A stretch of DNA of 64,000 nucleotides from assembly GCA_035281385.1 (NCBI GenBank), contig DATEDZ010000021.1:2047-66046 (forward strand), in the 5' to 3' direction. Source of the stretch: Polyangiaceae bacterium. Its GTDB lineage: Bacteria > Myxococcota_A > Polyangia > Polyangiales > Polyangiaceae. The notes below the pieces were generated by a model, which did not search any database, was not told the DNA's origin, and worked only from the letters and a program-made list of their open reading frames with translations. This document shows, piece by piece, positions 28,027-35,924 of this stretch (the stretch's first letter is position 1; each line of letters opens with the position of its first letter). Made by a program: the position numbers and the translations under genes.

Positions 28027-28386
28027 ATGGCCAAGAAGATGAAGCGCAAGTCCGGCCTCGCAGGATACGGGTTCGAACACGATGGCACGGGCCACCACGC
28101 GCGGCTCCGGAAGCTGCACGCCGGGGGTGGCGATGGCGCGAGCAGCTCTCGCCGGCCGCGCAAGCGACGCAAGAATTCCGGCAAGCGACGCAAGAAATCA
28201 GGCAACGCCGCGAAGACGAAGAAGCGCTCCGCGTTCATGAAGCGCCTGCAATCAGCCGTCGCGGGCGCGCGAGACCAAATCCGCAGCTTCGGCCGACGTA
28301 AGAAAGAGCAGCCCCAGAAGTTGGTCACTGAGGAAACGCTCCGCAATCACATGGCGCTCAAGTGCGTCCGGCGCTGCTCCCACTGA
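28027..28386 (+). CDS. Highly basic Lys/Arg-rich protein (candidate DNA-condensing protein)
   Basis: RBS AGGAG; RRPRKRRKNSGKRRKKSG. Confidence 0.65.
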   Translation: MAKKMKRKSGLAGYGFEHDGTGHHARLRKLHAGGGDGASSSRRPRKRRKNSGKRRKKSGNAAKTKKRSAFMKRLQSAVAGARDQIRSFGRRKKEQPQKLVTEETLRNHMALKCVRRCSH

Positions 28387-28399
28387 AAGCACGACCGCC

Positions 28400-28969
28400 A
28401 TGGACCTGTATCTGCACTTTGGCGCCGGGCTCAACCAGCTCCCCGAGCCTTGGCTCAATCTTGGCCCAACGCACGACATCCGAAAGCACCTGAAGTTCGA
28501 AAGCGATGCCGCCGCCGCCATCGTGGCCGAACACGTCATCGAGCATATCCCGTTCCTGCAAGCGCTCGGGTTCTTTCGCGAGTGCTTGCGGGTGCTTCGG
28601 CCGGGCGGTGTGCTGCGCGTGGCGTTCCCCGACGTCGGCCGTTTCCTGGTGTCGGACGACGCAGGCGTGGCGCTCAACGCTGCGTCGCTCGCGTACGGGG
28701 ACTTCCTCGCCGACCGGCCAGGCATCGAGCTACCAGAGGCTCCGCGCGCTCGGGCGCGAGCCGCGCTCGAGCGGCTACTCACCGGTTGGGGCCACCAGAC
28801 GCCCTGGACCGAGCAGGCCGCGGCCGGCGCGCTCCTCGTCGCCGGCTTCTCACGAGTCGCTCGCCGCGACTACGGCCATGGCGATCTCGCCGGCATCGAT
28901 GGCCACCACGTCGACGTCGGTCGCGACCTCGCGTTGCTCGAATCCACCATTCTGGAGGCAGTGAAATGA
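28400..28969 (+). CDS. Class I SAM-dependent methyltransferase-like protein
   Basis: LHFGAG...WLN, AEHVIEHI, ECLRVLRPGGVLRVAFPD. Confidence 0.85.
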   Translation: MDLYLHFGAGLNQLPEPWLNLGPTHDIRKHLKFESDAAAAIVAEHVIEHIPFLQALGFFRECLRVLRPGGVLRVAFPDVGRFLVSDDAGVALNAASLAYGDFLADRPGIELPEAPRARARAALERLLTGWGHQTPWTEQAAAGALLVAGFSRVARRDYGHGDLAGIDGHHVDVGRDLALLESTILEAVK

Positions 28970-29649
28970 AGAACGTCATCGTCGTGATGAGCTCCAATCG
29001 CGAGCTCGAACGGGCCACGAAGAACACGCTGCAGGCCATCACCGACTTGGGCGGGGTCGTGCTGCTCGAGACCGGCTCGTCTGACGTCGCGTTTGCGCGC
29101 TGCCGAGCCCTGTCGTGGGCCTGCGAGACGCTGCGCGAGTACCCGGACCGAGATGTCGTCCTCATGATCGACGACGACATGGAGGTGCCGACCGAGACCG
29201 CGCAAGCGCTCGTCGACCAAGCGCGCACGCTGGGTCGGGCGTGTTCAGCGGTATACGCCACGCTCAACTCGAAGGTCGCGGCCGTTCGCTGGCCCGAGCG
29301 TGCCGGTCTTTGGCTGGTGGGCCTCGGGTGCGTCGCCATCCCGCGTGCCCTCTTGCTCGAGCTCGAGGAGCGCTCGGAGTCGTTCGAGGTGAATGGCCGC
29401 TTCTACAGCGCCTTCACTTGGAGCGGCCCCGAAGATGGCAGCTGGATCGCCGAGGACTTCCGGCTGTCCAAGAACCTCGGCGGCGTGAAGCTCTGTCCGC
29501 TCGCCGTTGGCCACATCAAGAAGGGCGCGCTTTGGCCTGATGACGAGACGCTCGCCCGCCTCGCCAGCTCTTCCGACGAGCCCGCGGAATCCAGTGCACA
29601 TAGCAGCGCGCCGTTCGCCACGCCTCAGTCAGCTCAAGGAGATCTGTAA
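28966..29649 (+). CDS. GT-A (GT2-like) glycosyltransferase
   Basis: VAFARCR, LMIDDDM (DxD), GLGCVAI, AEDFRL, VGHIK. Confidence 0.75.
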   Translation: MKNVIVVMSSNRELERATKNTLQAITDLGGVVLLETGSSDVAFARCRALSWACETLREYPDRDVVLMIDDDMEVPTETAQALVDQARTLGRACSAVYATLNSKVAAVRWPERAGLWLVGLGCVAIPRALLLELEERSESFEVNGRFYSAFTWSGPEDGSWIAEDFRLSKNLGGVKLCPLAVGHIKKGALWPDDETLARLASSSDEPAESSAHSSAPFATPQSAQGDL

Positions 29650-29650
29650 G

Positions 29651-30238
29651 ATGAACGATTCACCGATTCGCCTCTCGCCCTCTGGCCCCATCATCGGCAA
29701 GGGCACGTTCCCCGGACCCGGCGCGCGCCTGCGCCTGACGGAGGCTGTGAGTACGATGGGTGGCTCTCAGTCGATCCCGACTACGCCCGACGTTGTCAGC
29801 CCCGACGGGTTCGGGAATCCCACTGCGCTCATCCTGACCCTCGACGCGCCGAAGGAGAAGCTCAGCTACCGCGCCAATCTGTCGCTCGACGTCATTAACA
29901 CGTCGACCAACGAGGGCGGCGAGGTCGTGCTCTACCTCGACGTCTCACTCGATGGCGGAATGAACTACACCAACCGCGCCAAGAATGTGCACGTCATCAA
30001 CTCAACGGTGACCGATACCGAAGGCCGGCCGATGCAAGTCTGGCTGCCACTCACCCTCGGTAGCGCCCTGGGCATCGCCGACTCGAGCCCACCGCCCAGC
30101 ATCAAGCTCCGCGCGCGAGCTCAGCTCGTCGCCGGTAATAACGCTACCATGGTGAGCTCGCCCGGCACTTCGGGCGGGAGCGCACCGGTCGCGGACCTCA
30201 ACGGGTCCATTCACATGCAGCTCGAGGAGTGCCTGTAG
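29651..30238 (+). CDS. Beta-rich putative spike/receptor-binding protein
   Basis: Ser/Thr/Gly-rich all-beta pattern; start ATG 29651. Confidence 0.55.
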   Translation: MNDSPIRLSPSGPIIGKGTFPGPGARLRLTEAVSTMGGSQSIPTTPDVVSPDGFGNPTALILTLDAPKEKLSYRANLSLDVINTSTNEGGEVVLYLDVSLDGGMNYTNRAKNVHVINSTVTDTEGRPMQVWLPLTLGSALGIADSSPPPSIKLRARAQLVAGNNATMVSSPGTSGGSAPVADLNGSIHMQLEECL

Positions 30239-30380
30239 GCCACTGCGCTGATAGCGATTCGACACCCACGCTCACGTCTGCGCCGCTGGCGACGTGAGCC
30301 CAGCTGAAAGTAAGCACGACGGCTACGAAGCCGGCGCTTGAACGCGCTCGGCGTCGGCACCGCTTTGCCCGGAGTCCGCC

Positions 30381-30719
30381 ATGAGCCCCGAAGCATCCGA
30401 GCTCACGCTCTACCTCGACAACGAAGAGCCGCTCTACCGCCAGAAAATTTACATTTTCCGGGCCCTCGCCAAGAAGAAGGACCGCGGCAAGTACGAGCAT
30501 TCGCTCGCGCCCAAGGCCTTCGCGGGGCTCATGACCGCCGCCGCCAAGAAGTACGTGCGCGAGTTCGGCGGTCCCGGCGACCGCTGGAACGTCATCTTCT
30601 CGCCGATCGATCGGCGGGAGGCCGCGAGCCACTACGCCGAAGAATTTCTCGACTGGTACGCGGTCGACTACGTCGGTCCGGCGAAGAAGCCGCCGCGCAC
30701 ATCGCGGAAGGGGAAGTAG
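30381..30719 (+). CDS. Small helical phage-type hypothetical protein
   Basis: RBS GGAG; ELTLYLDNEEPLY...AAAKKYVREF. Confidence 0.7.
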   Translation: MSPEASELTLYLDNEEPLYRQKIYIFRALAKKKDRGKYEHSLAPKAFAGLMTAAAKKYVREFGGPGDRWNVIFSPIDRREAASHYAEEFLDWYAVDYVGPAKKPPRTSRKGK

Positions 30720-30723
30720 GGCC

Positions 30724-31098
30724 ATGGCAAAGAAGACGGCAGCGCGGTCCGCCTTCCGGGTGGATTTCGACTTCTCCGAGAGCACGTATAAGTTCAAGCC
30801 GCGCTACGACTCTTTGGCCGAGTTCGACAAGGACTTGCGGGCGGCCGCGTTGCTCGCGCCCGAGGGCGGCGCCTACGACAAGACCTACTACAAGGTTGTC
30901 CACCTTCCGACCGGGGAAGTGTGGGAAGCGCGGCTCGATATTCAGCACCCGAGTCAGCATGGCGGGAAGCCCTTGAGCGTCGCGGCGCGCATCGAGAGCT
31001 ACTGCAAGCACATGCTGGCGTCTAAGCACCCCCGCACGGAGGAGCAGTCAGCCGCTTACAAGCGCTGGCTCGAACGCATTCGGCACAGCGCGCGGTGA
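30724..31098 (+). CDS. LPD25-like (polyvalent-protein-associated) domain protein
   Basis: GGAYDKTYYKV...GEVWEARLDI resembles the YDKT...GRxD signature as I recall it; unverified. Confidence 0.5.
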   Translation: MAKKTAARSAFRVDFDFSESTYKFKPRYDSLAEFDKDLRAAALLAPEGGAYDKTYYKVVHLPTGEVWEARLDIQHPSQHGGKPLSVAARIESYCKHMLASKHPRTEEQSAAYKRWLERIRHSAR

Positions 31099-31153
31099 GC
31101 GATCAGCTCGCATCGACGATTGGGCACGCGAACGAATCACCAAAGGAACGCCA

Positions 31154-31645
31154 ATGAACGACACGCTCTGGGCCCACTTGGGCAACACAATCCACGCCTT
31201 CTCGCCGCTGCTACTGGCGGCGCTCAGTTGGCTTTCGCTGCGCATCGCCGCGCTCATCAACGCCAAGGTCAGGAACGAGCGCCTCCACGGCATCTTGTCG
31301 CGCCTGGACGACGCCGTGTTCGCGGCCGTGCGCGAGGTCGAGCAGGTCTACGTCTCCATGCTCAAGACCGCGAGCGAAGACGGCACGCTCACCTCAGAGG
31401 AGCGCCGGCAAGCGAAGGATTCCGCGCTCCAAGCCGCTCGCGCCTACCTCGGCCCCCGTGGCTTGGCCGAGCTCGCCAAGGTGCTCGGCATGCCCGAGGC
31501 CGATGTCGACAGCGTCATCGGCTCGCGCGTCGAGTCGGCCGTGTACAACCTGCACGCTCAGCCGACGCGCGTGCTCGGCTCCGTCCTGCGCTCGGCACTG
31601 AAGAGCGTCACGCCGCCGCCGGGCCAGCCCAACGGCGCGCACTAG
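31154..31645 (+). CDS. Holin-like protein (LL-H type)
   Basis: Single N-terminal TM; AVFAAVREVEQ...AK...IGSRVESAVYNL. Confidence 0.65.
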   Translation: MNDTLWAHLGNTIHAFSPLLLAALSWLSLRIAALINAKVRNERLHGILSRLDDAVFAAVREVEQVYVSMLKTASEDGTLTSEERRQAKDSALQAARAYLGPRGLAELAKVLGMPEADVDSVIGSRVESAVYNLHAQPTRVLGSVLRSALKSVTPPPGQPNGAH

Positions 31646-31653
31646 GAGCAACC

Positions 31654-32265
31654 GTGAGCAGTAAGTCTGCCAAATGCCGCAAGGGAGCCAGCGGGCCCCC
31701 CTGCGAGCAGCCGGGCCCGCCTGGGCCCCCAGGTCCGCCGGGGCCTCCAGGGCCGCCCGGCATCGTCCGCTTCTTGCGGCTGCCGCTCACGCCGCTCGTC
31801 GCGGGCTCGAGCGGCGACCCGCCAGAACCCACAGGCTGGTCGCTCCAGGACATCCGCGGACCGACCGTCCGCCTGCTTTGGCTCCAGCAGCTGGACGTGT
31901 CGCTCGATCCATCGCTGTGGTTCTCGGTCCCCATGCCCGAGTCCGGCAGCATCCGACGCATCACCGCGCACGTGATCGGTCAGACCGGCGCGCCGCTGCC
32001 CGACAGCATGCCCTCGCTGGCGCTAGTCGTGATGCCCACGTCGGAAGGTGATTTCACCTTCTACGAGCAAGACGACCTCACCACCGACCCGGCAGCGTAC
32101 GGCGACCGACACGTCATCGCCCTCACGACCGACAACTTCGGCGGCAGCCCGTTGGTCATCACTACCGACGCCTCGTACTGGCTTCGGCTCAGGGGTGAGA
32201 GCGGGACGAACGCACGCGACCGGCGCCTCAAGCTGCTGGCCATCAACCTCACGCTCGATCCCTAG
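31654..32265 (+). CDS. Collagen-repeat spike/fibre protein
   Basis: RBS AGGAG, GTG 31654; (GPP)5 then a beta-rich head. Confidence 0.7.
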   Translation: MSSKSAKCRKGASGPPCEQPGPPGPPGPPGPPGPPGIVRFLRLPLTPLVAGSSGDPPEPTGWSLQDIRGPTVRLLWLQQLDVSLDPSLWFSVPMPESGSIRRITAHVIGQTGAPLPDSMPSLALVVMPTSEGDFTFYEQDDLTTDPAAYGDRHVIALTTDNFGGSPLVITTDASYWLRLRGESGTNARDRRLKLLAINLTLDP

Positions 32266-32272
32266 CCTCATC

Positions 32273-32968
32273 ATGCCCGCTGCCTCTGAGAACCGAAAGC
32301 GATTGCAGCGCGAGCTCGCCGAGCACCTCCGCGAGAAAGACCGCGCCGCCCTCGGCCTGCTCCGCGCCAAGATCACCGCCGCGCGTATCGAACGTCGCCA
32401 GCGGCTCAGCGCCGCGCGTCAGACCTGCCGAGGAGCGCTGTTCGCCCTTCGCGAACGCCAGCGCGAGGAGCGCCACCAGCTCACGCTCACCCACCGCTCC
32501 CAGCGCGAGCAGGGCCGGGCCGCCTGCAAAGCCGGGAAGCAGCAGGCCCGCGAAGAGGGACTCGCGCTCGAGCAGGTGGCGCAGACCGAGTATCAAGATG
32601 AGCGGCTTTTCCAGCGGCAGATGCGTCGCGCCACCAAGCCGCGCATCGAGCGCTCCACCGTCCGCGAGCGCAAACAAGAAGACGACGACGCTGTGCGCAA
32701 CAACTTGCCGGCAGAGCTCGTGCCGGTGTTCGACAAGCACCGCAAGGTCATCAAGGGCTCCGCGCGCCGAAGCCGGACCGAAGCGTTTCTGGAGTGGGCT
32801 GCCGAGAATCCGGACGAAGTACTTCTCGTGCAGCAAGCCGAGGCCGACAAGGCGCTGCACGAGCTACTCAAGCAGGAGCGAGACTTGGGGCGCAGCATGC
32901 GCGCGGGAGCTCGTTACAGGAAGTCCCCGGCAGAGCTCGCCAGGCTTCTAGCGGACGTGCCGTTCTGA
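32273..32968 (+). CDS. Arg/Glu coiled-coil protein ending in DVPF
   Basis: Long charged helix; EDDDAVRNNLPAELVPVF...SRTEAFLEWAAENP. Confidence 0.7.
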   Translation: MPAASENRKRLQRELAEHLREKDRAALGLLRAKITAARIERRQRLSAARQTCRGALFALRERQREERHQLTLTHRSQREQGRAACKAGKQQAREEGLALEQVAQTEYQDERLFQRQMRRATKPRIERSTVRERKQEDDDAVRNNLPAELVPVFDKHRKVIKGSARRSRTEAFLEWAAENPDEVLLVQQAEADKALHELLKQERDLGRSMRAGARYRKSPAELARLLADVPF

Positions 32969-34048
32969 CTAGAACGCTCCCGACAGTAGCGCGCCGCCTC
33001 CCACCCCGCTGAGGGTAGACATCGGTGTCAGCGTGAGCGCGGTGCCTTGGCGGGCCGTTGGCCAGAACCAAGCCGCCGCCGCGGTGCCGACCGCCGCAAC
33101 ACCCCCGGCAATGAAGCTGCCAACGGCGATGTCGCGATAGCGGTCCTTCTCATCTAGTTTTTGCGTAGCGACATCGCACGATGGTGGCTTGTTGCGAACA
33201 CCGCACACGGTGCTTGGATCCAAGGTGGGGTCGCTTGTAGCCACAGCCTGATCCAGCGCCATTTGCGCATCATCGCGGGCAGCATTGCTTTTCAGGACAA
33301 ACGTCGTGCCAAGCGCGGCGGCGCCAGCAGTGACGACCAGCCCAGCGACTAGAACCGGGGTGCGCATCGACGGCCGCAGTGTTGCCTCACCGCGATTGCT
33401 GGCCGCAGGGCGAGCTGGGCGGACCAGAAGCGTCGACGGACCGGGCGATGCTCCTTCCGCGACGGTCAGACTGAAGCTTAGGTTGGAGCCGGCAGAGATC
33501 CTGAAGAACCTGATAGGGGAACGTTGAGAGCCCTTCTCCGCGTAGAGCTCGTGGTCGCCGGGCGCGACGTACACTTCGCGACGCAGCGGTGCCTCGCCGA
33601 CCTGCACGCCGTCCACGTGGATGGAAGCCCCGGCCATGTTGACCTGAACTGTGAGCGTGCCGATGTGGCGGCGGCATTCTTCGAGCTGCTCGGTGGATTG
33701 GTCGCGCTTGTCGGCAAGGTCGTCGGGGAGGTTGGCCAGGACGTATTGCCAATGGTGGGCGGCCTCGACGTGGCGGCCGAGCCGCATTTCGACTTCGGCG
33801 AGGCTGAAGGCGACGGCGAAGTGTTGGCGTTTCTCCCAGGCGCTGGTGAAGGCGGCATGGGCAGCTTCGATGTCGTTCTTCTTGAGGGCGGCGAAACCTT
33901 CGCGAAGCAGTTCCTTGGTGTCGGGCTCCACGTGCGGGGCGTCGGCCAGCGCCGGGCTCGAAATCATCGCGATGAAGAGCGCTACGGCGAGCACCAACCC
34001 GATCACGCCGCGGCGCCGCGCGGGTCCCAACCCTGTTCCTTCAAGCAT
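32969..34048 (-). CDS. TPR + PEGA domain exported protein
   Basis: Signal peptide, TPR helices, GASIHVDGVQVGEAPL...VAPGDHEL, two C-terminal TMs. Confidence 0.85.
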   Translation of the reverse strand: MLEGTGLGPARRRGVIGLVLAVALFIAMISSPALADAPHVEPDTKELLREGFAALKKNDIEAAHAAFTSAWEKRQHFAVAFSLAEVEMRLGRHVEAAHHWQYVLANLPDDLADKRDQSTEQLEECRRHIGTLTVQVNMAGASIHVDGVQVGEAPLRREVYVAPGDHELYAEKGSQRSPIRFFRISAGSNLSFSLTVAEGASPGPSTLLVRPARPAASNRGEATLRPSMRTPVLVAGLVVTAGAAALGTTFVLKSNAARDDAQMALDQAVATSDPTLDPSTVCGVRNKPPSCDVATQKLDEKDRYRDIAVGSFIAGGVAAVGTAAAAWFWPTARQGTALTLTPMSTLSGVGGGALLSGAF

Positions 34049-34244
34049 GCTTCACCTGGACTATTGGTGGTTCGGCGCGAGGTGGGCAACTGTTTCCGAA
34101 AATCAGCGCCCAGCCTGTGGTCCAGGGCCTGCCGTTGCCGAGGCGCGCCCACACTGCTACGGGTCGACTCGCTGGCGCTGGTGATTGTCCCCCCCCATCA
34201 TTGGCGCCGGCACTTTCACTTTCTAGGGACAGAAGCCGGGTCCG

Positions 34245-34589
34245 CTAGGGGCGACGCCGCCGGGCGACGTCGCCGCGAAGCAGGTAGGCCACGCGCGCAG
34301 CACCCAACTCCGCCTCAAGCGCGAACGCCAGATGCTGGCCCTCTTCGTCGAACGCTCGCGCCAGAGCGGCGCTCCGGAACCCAGAGGCCTCGGGCCGGCG
34401 ACGATTGTAGGTCGCCTCGAAACGCGCGACCCACCGAGAGAGCTGCCTAGCCAGCGACGAGGAGATGCCCAAGGTTGGCACGTCGACGTTGAGCCAGTGC
34501 CGGCCGCGCCGCTGCCAGACGGGTGAGCAGCCGTGATCGGCGATCAAGCGATACTGTCGGGTGGGCCTCCTTGGCATGGCCTTTCGCAT
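34245..34589 (-). CDS. Hypothetical protein
   Basis: RLIADHGCSPVW...LSRWVARFEAT...SGF...FDEEG...LEAELG; start 34589 or 34577. Confidence 0.6.
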   Translation of the reverse strand: MRKAMPRRPTRQYRLIADHGCSPVWQRRGRHWLNVDVPTLGISSSLARQLSRWVARFEATYNRRRPEASGFRSAALARAFDEEGQHLAFALEAELGAARVAYLLRGDVARRRRP

Positions 34590-34691
34590 TGGGTCGGGCC
34601 TAGCCACCACGTCGTTTCCGTAGAAATCGTCCTTCGCAGAGTCGCCAGGCGTCGATTTTCCGCAACGGCTAGGAAAGACTGTCCGACGTTC

Positions 34692-35615
34692 ATGGGTATG
34701 CCCCCTGCCGTGTCCCCCGTCGGTGACTGGACTGACCTCTTCGGCCAGACCGGCTATCGCGTCATCGGGCGCATTGGCAGGGGCGCGATGGGCGAGGTGT
34801 TCGACGTCGAGCACGAGCTCTTGGGCCGACGGTTCGCGGCGAAGGTCCTCCACCGCGAACTCGCGGGCGAGGCTTCTTTCGCGGAGCGCATGCGGGTCGA
34901 GGCGCAATCCATGGCGCGCCTACGCCACCCGAATATCGTTGAGGTGACCGACTTCTGCGTGACGAGCGATGGTCGCCCTTGCCTGATCATGGAACGGCTG
35001 CGCGGGCGGACGCTAGGCCGCGAGCTGGCCGAGCGAGGACGCCTTCCAGTAGCTGAATGCATGACCGCGGTAGACGAGGTGCTCTCAGCGCTGGCGGCCG
35101 CCCATCGCTTTGGTGTCGTCCACCGTGACTTGAAGCCCGAGAATCTCTTTCTGCACGAGCCGCAAAGCGGAGCGCGACGTCTCAAGGTTCTCGACTTCGG
35201 GCTCGCGCGTGTGCTGCCGCAGGCTTCGCCGTTGGCGCCGTTGCCGGCGGCGATCCCGACCGCCACGGGGCGGCTGGTGGGCACGCCGCGCTACCTGAGC
35301 CCCGAGGCGCTTACCGGCAAGCCGGTCGATGCGCGCGCCGACCTCTACTCACTGGGTCTAATTCTCTACATCTTGCTCACCGGCCACGGTCCCTTCGATC
35401 ACCTCACGCTGGCCGAGACGCTTTCACATCAGCCCGATCCGCCGTCGCGTTTCCGCGACGAGCCGGCCGTCCGCGAGCTCGACAAGGTCGTGCTGCGCGC
35501 GCTCAAGAAGCAGCCCGACGAACGCTTTCAGAGCGCCGAAGAAATGTCGTCTGCGCTGGCTTCAGTAGCCCGCGCGATCCAAGGCCAAGCCTCGCAGTCA
35601 GGAGACGCACCATGA
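34692..35615 (+). CDS. Hanks-type Ser/Thr protein kinase
   Basis: IGRGAMGEV, AAK, HRDLKPEN, DFG, GTPRYLSPE, DLYSLG. Confidence 0.95.
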   Translation: MGMPPAVSPVGDWTDLFGQTGYRVIGRIGRGAMGEVFDVEHELLGRRFAAKVLHRELAGEASFAERMRVEAQSMARLRHPNIVEVTDFCVTSDGRPCLIMERLRGRTLGRELAERGRLPVAECMTAVDEVLSALAAAHRFGVVHRDLKPENLFLHEPQSGARRLKVLDFGLARVLPQASPLAPLPAAIPTATGRLVGTPRYLSPEALTGKPVDARADLYSLGLILYILLTGHGPFDHLTLAETLSHQPDPPSRFRDEPAVRELDKVVLRALKKQPDERFQSAEEMSSALASVARAIQGQASQSGDAP

Positions 35616-35923
35616 CAGCCGAAAACGTCGCTCGTTCAGAAGCTCAACACCTGAGCGTGTATTGCTCGCGTGGTCCGGAGGGCTACCGCGTGCACGTCCA
35701 TCCAGGTTGGATGCCCCGCCATCTGCGGCAGTGCCTCGACGCTCACGGCGAGGGCATGGCGCTGCTCGACTTCGAAGAGCTCGACCGCTACATGCAGCGC
35801 GCCGGGCAAGCATTCGAGAAGCACGTCACCGCCACGGGCAGTGTCGAGCTGTCAGCAAGCGGCCAGGCTGCCGTCACCCTCAGCACTTGGCTCTCGAACA
35901 TGTTTAGCAGCGGCGTGCGCTGA
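35612..35923 (+). CDS. Hypothetical protein
   Basis: ATGA-coupled to the kinase; RBS AGGAG. Confidence 0.6.
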   Translation: MTAENVARSEAQHLSVYCSRGPEGYRVHVHPGWMPRHLRQCLDAHGEGMALLDFEELDRYMQRAGQAFEKHVTATGSVELSASGQAAVTLSTWLSNMFSSGVR

Positions 35924-35924
35924 G

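Larger units (their letters stand above)
15131..32968. mobile_element. Integrated tailless provirus-like element (right boundary uncertain)
   Basis: att + int + xis + ParB leftward arm; divergent, tightly packed rightward operon with capsid-like, protease, lysin, holin and spike genes; host-type genes resume at 32969. Confidence 0.75.

Noticed and set aside
30245-30320. Hammerhead ribozyme (CTGATAG...GAAA)
   Set aside because: Core is not CUGANGA and the stems do not assemble
31710-31760. GC-rich tandem repeat as VNTR or CRISPR
   Set aside because: It encodes collagen (GPP)n with varied codons; no CRISPR array or cas gene seen in the window
20010-32968. Conventional tailed (HK97) prophage or tailocin
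   Set aside because: No terminase, portal, sheath, tube, tape-measure or baseplate motifs recognised
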